Assembly: GCA_030167865.1 (NCBI GenBank)
Contig: JALAGF010005545.1
Coordinates: 62,001 to 111,609 of the forward strand
DNA: 49,609 bases
Direction: 5' to 3'
Origin: Craspedostauros australis
Taxonomy: Eukaryota
The position numbers were made by a program, and so were the translations under genes. Under the pieces are notes generated by a model. The model searched no databases. It was given only the letters and a program-made list of their open reading frames with translations, and was not told the origin of the DNA. This document shows positions 47,321-49,609 of the stretch, one piece after another. Position 1 is the first letter of the stretch. Every line of letters starts with the position of its first letter.

Positions 47321-48648
47321 ATGCATCCAACTCGATTCCTCACGGCGTTCGCCTCGACGTCTTCGTCATCGTCTTCCGCGGCCGCAGCGGCGACTGCCGC
47401 CACCTCCGTCCCGCAGATTCACAACTCCATCAGCGAGATTGCCGACCTCTACGATGGGTTCATCTTGGATCAGTTCGGCGTGTTGCACAATGGCAAGGTA
47501 CCTCTGGAGGGGGCACCGGAATGCATTCGATCGCTCAAGAAGATGGGGAAGAAACTGATCATCCTTTCCAACACCTCTGGCACGGCCGTCTCCGCATTGT
47601 CCAAGCTACCGAGATACGATATGGACCCCTCCGACTTTGTGGGTGCCGTCACGAGCGGCGAAGAATCCAGCAGATATATTCGAGAAACCTACGGTAATGC
47701 AGATGGTGCAGCCGACGGTGCGCAGCGACCGACGCGACGTGCCGTCTTCTTCACTTGGGATTACCACGACGATCCGAATCGCCAGAAGTCGTATCTGGAC
47801 AAATGTGGCGGCAACATCGTGCCGGCCAATTCAGTGGAAGAGGCGGACTTCGTGCTGGCGCATGGCGCGAATGTGTGGCAACGAGAGCGTATCGAGGATT
47901 TCACGCAGCTCGAAGGCTTCCTGCAGCAAGGTGATCTCAGCAGCATCGAGCCGATATTGGAGCAATGCAAGGCAAGGAACTTGCCGATGGTGTGCGCCAA
48001 TTCGGACTTCATCGTGCGCATGCCTGACGGTTCCACTGGGTACATGCCAGGTACGTGACCATACTCCAGGGGTACCATCCAATTGATTGGTTTGATGCTT
48101 GCCAATGCATCCACCTGGTTCTTGCCAATGGCCAGATCTCGAGTTTCCGCTCCATTGACGTACCTTGTCCACGTGTAGATGAATGTATCCAATCTCATGC
48201 CAATACTGACACCATCGTAACTCTTCTTCCAATGACCGTACTCGTTCAAAATGCTTCGTGAACACAATCATTGTCATCGTCAACAACAACAACTACATAT
48301 TGCTACAACAACATGGCCACCATGACAACAGGGAACATCGCAAAGCGATACGAAGAGATGGGAGGGGAGTGCAAGTACTTTGGAAAGCCTGACCCGAAGC
48401 CCTTTCGAGCATGTGTGGAGATGCTGGGACTTGATGCATCACGAGTTGTGCATGTAGGAGATTCGCTGCATCATGATATCGCAGGAGCGAACGCTGCTGA
48501 GATAGCGAGCGTCCTCGTCACCAGTGGCATTCATTGTGAGGAGTTGGGGACCAACTTTGGTAAATTGCCAACAGATGATGCCTTGGTAGACCTGCTGCAC
48601 AAGTCAGGCCACACGCCGACGCACATCGTGTCAACATTTCAGTTGTAA
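47321..48648 (+). CDS. HAD-superfamily subfamily IIA hydrolase; exons 47321-48050 and 48332-48648
   Basis: FILDQFGVLHNG, LSNT, CANSD, YMP|G, FGKP, HVGDSLHHDIAGA. Confidence 0.9.
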
Positions 48649-49081
48649 ATATCGAACGACGCACGCGACACTACTCCAGGGCTGCTCGTCCATCAACAGT
48701 CTGCTTGCAGCGGTGAACTCTTGCGACACAGTACTCTCCCTGTAACGAAAAAAAACGAGGCCATACCAGGATCATGCATCTTGGTGGTCACGCGATGCCA
48801 ACCTGGCTACGTCACTCATACTCGTATGCACGAGTAGTGAGAGGAAGCATGCATCCGCATTCTTGACCTCTTCATGTCTGCATGGGCGGTGGAATCAGCG
48901 GTATTGCTGTTTTTAGAAGTACTACTCGTGCTTCTTTCGTATCGACCACGATCGTATCTTTCGAACAGAAGACATGCCACCAGATGAGTCGACAATTATG
49001 TACGTTGAGTTCCTGAACACGAAAGGAGGTATGGAAAGAGGCCTTTCTGTTTGGTGTTGAACACTTGGAAGCGACGATCTT

Positions 49082-49609
49082 TGGGGTCATCAAAAGATCT
49101 CCTCTTCATTGGTCCAACATAAACCTGAAGAACATGGAGTTGGATTTGGGGTTTTGTTGGGACGTCAATCAAGAGCACCAATCTCGTCTGGTGTCACACT
49201 GGAAGCTGGAATGAACGTGGACAAAGCACCATCATGTGGAGGAGAGAAGTTGGTTCCTCATAAAAAAGAGATTAATCGCAACCTTGCACACCGAGTGATC
49301 GACCCATTCAGCAAGCTTGGTGAGTGCAAGTACTCTATCAAGAAGGATCAACACGGCCATATCCCGACCAAGATAGAAGGAGGACCCGACCCACCATCCA
49401 ACGGAAAGCATGATGATCCGTCTTCTCCCAACCAAGATGATGCGTTCACCATCAGTCGGTAGAAGACCAGTGAAGTTCGTAGCTCTCCTCCTCCTTGCCT
49501 CAGCATCGACCCAGGTGGCAGCATTCACAACACCGTCACCATCGGCACACTCGTGCCTCAGCGTGCATTCATCCCCACCGGCATTCCGCACCCTCAACAT
49601 GAGCACGGA
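49082..49609. repeat. Copy B of the inverted duplication of 29117-29585; runs off the window
   Basis: High similarity to revcomp of copy A, with ~65 extra nt. Confidence 0.88.
49437..49609 (+). CDS. 5' end of a gene with an intact bipartite presequence, homologous to the leader of the 28186-29127 gene (partial)
   Basis: MMRSPSVGRRPVKFVALLLLASASTQVAAFTTPSPS..RTLNMST, open to the window end. Confidence 0.6.
   Translation, partial: MMRSPSVGRRPVKFVALLLLASASTQVAAFTTPSPSAHSCLSVHSSPPAFRTLNMST

Overview
Gene-dense eukaryotic nuclear DNA, most likely a diatom: GT-AG introns of about 130-550 nt, several bipartite plastid presequences with ASAF/SAF/AF cleavage motifs, an HSF gene and microsatellites. 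About 22 protein genes are supported, including DNAJC9, an amino-acid transporter, plastid glutathione reductase, MGMT, heme oxygenase, a BVR-B-like SDR, HSF, an EXD2-C-terminal-domain protein, a divergent ubiquitin-like protein, EFL1, DUS2, TOP1, a bestrophin, RPB4, a thylakoid-lumen protein, RPL3 and a HAD hydrolase. Two identical intron-containing tRNA-Met genes sit in a ~450-bp inverted repeat. Main finding: two short minus-strand ORFs (36107-36454 and 35570-35878) are one 294-codon gene interrupted by an in-frame TGA in the motif RHLG-U-PYC. It is a probable plastid-targeted AhpC/TSA-type selenoprotein, with a 16-17-bp hairpin 6-7 nt after the UGA and a 3'UTR SECIS-like stem-loop lacking the canonical apical AA. 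All family calls come from motif recognition by eye; no searches or folding programs were run.
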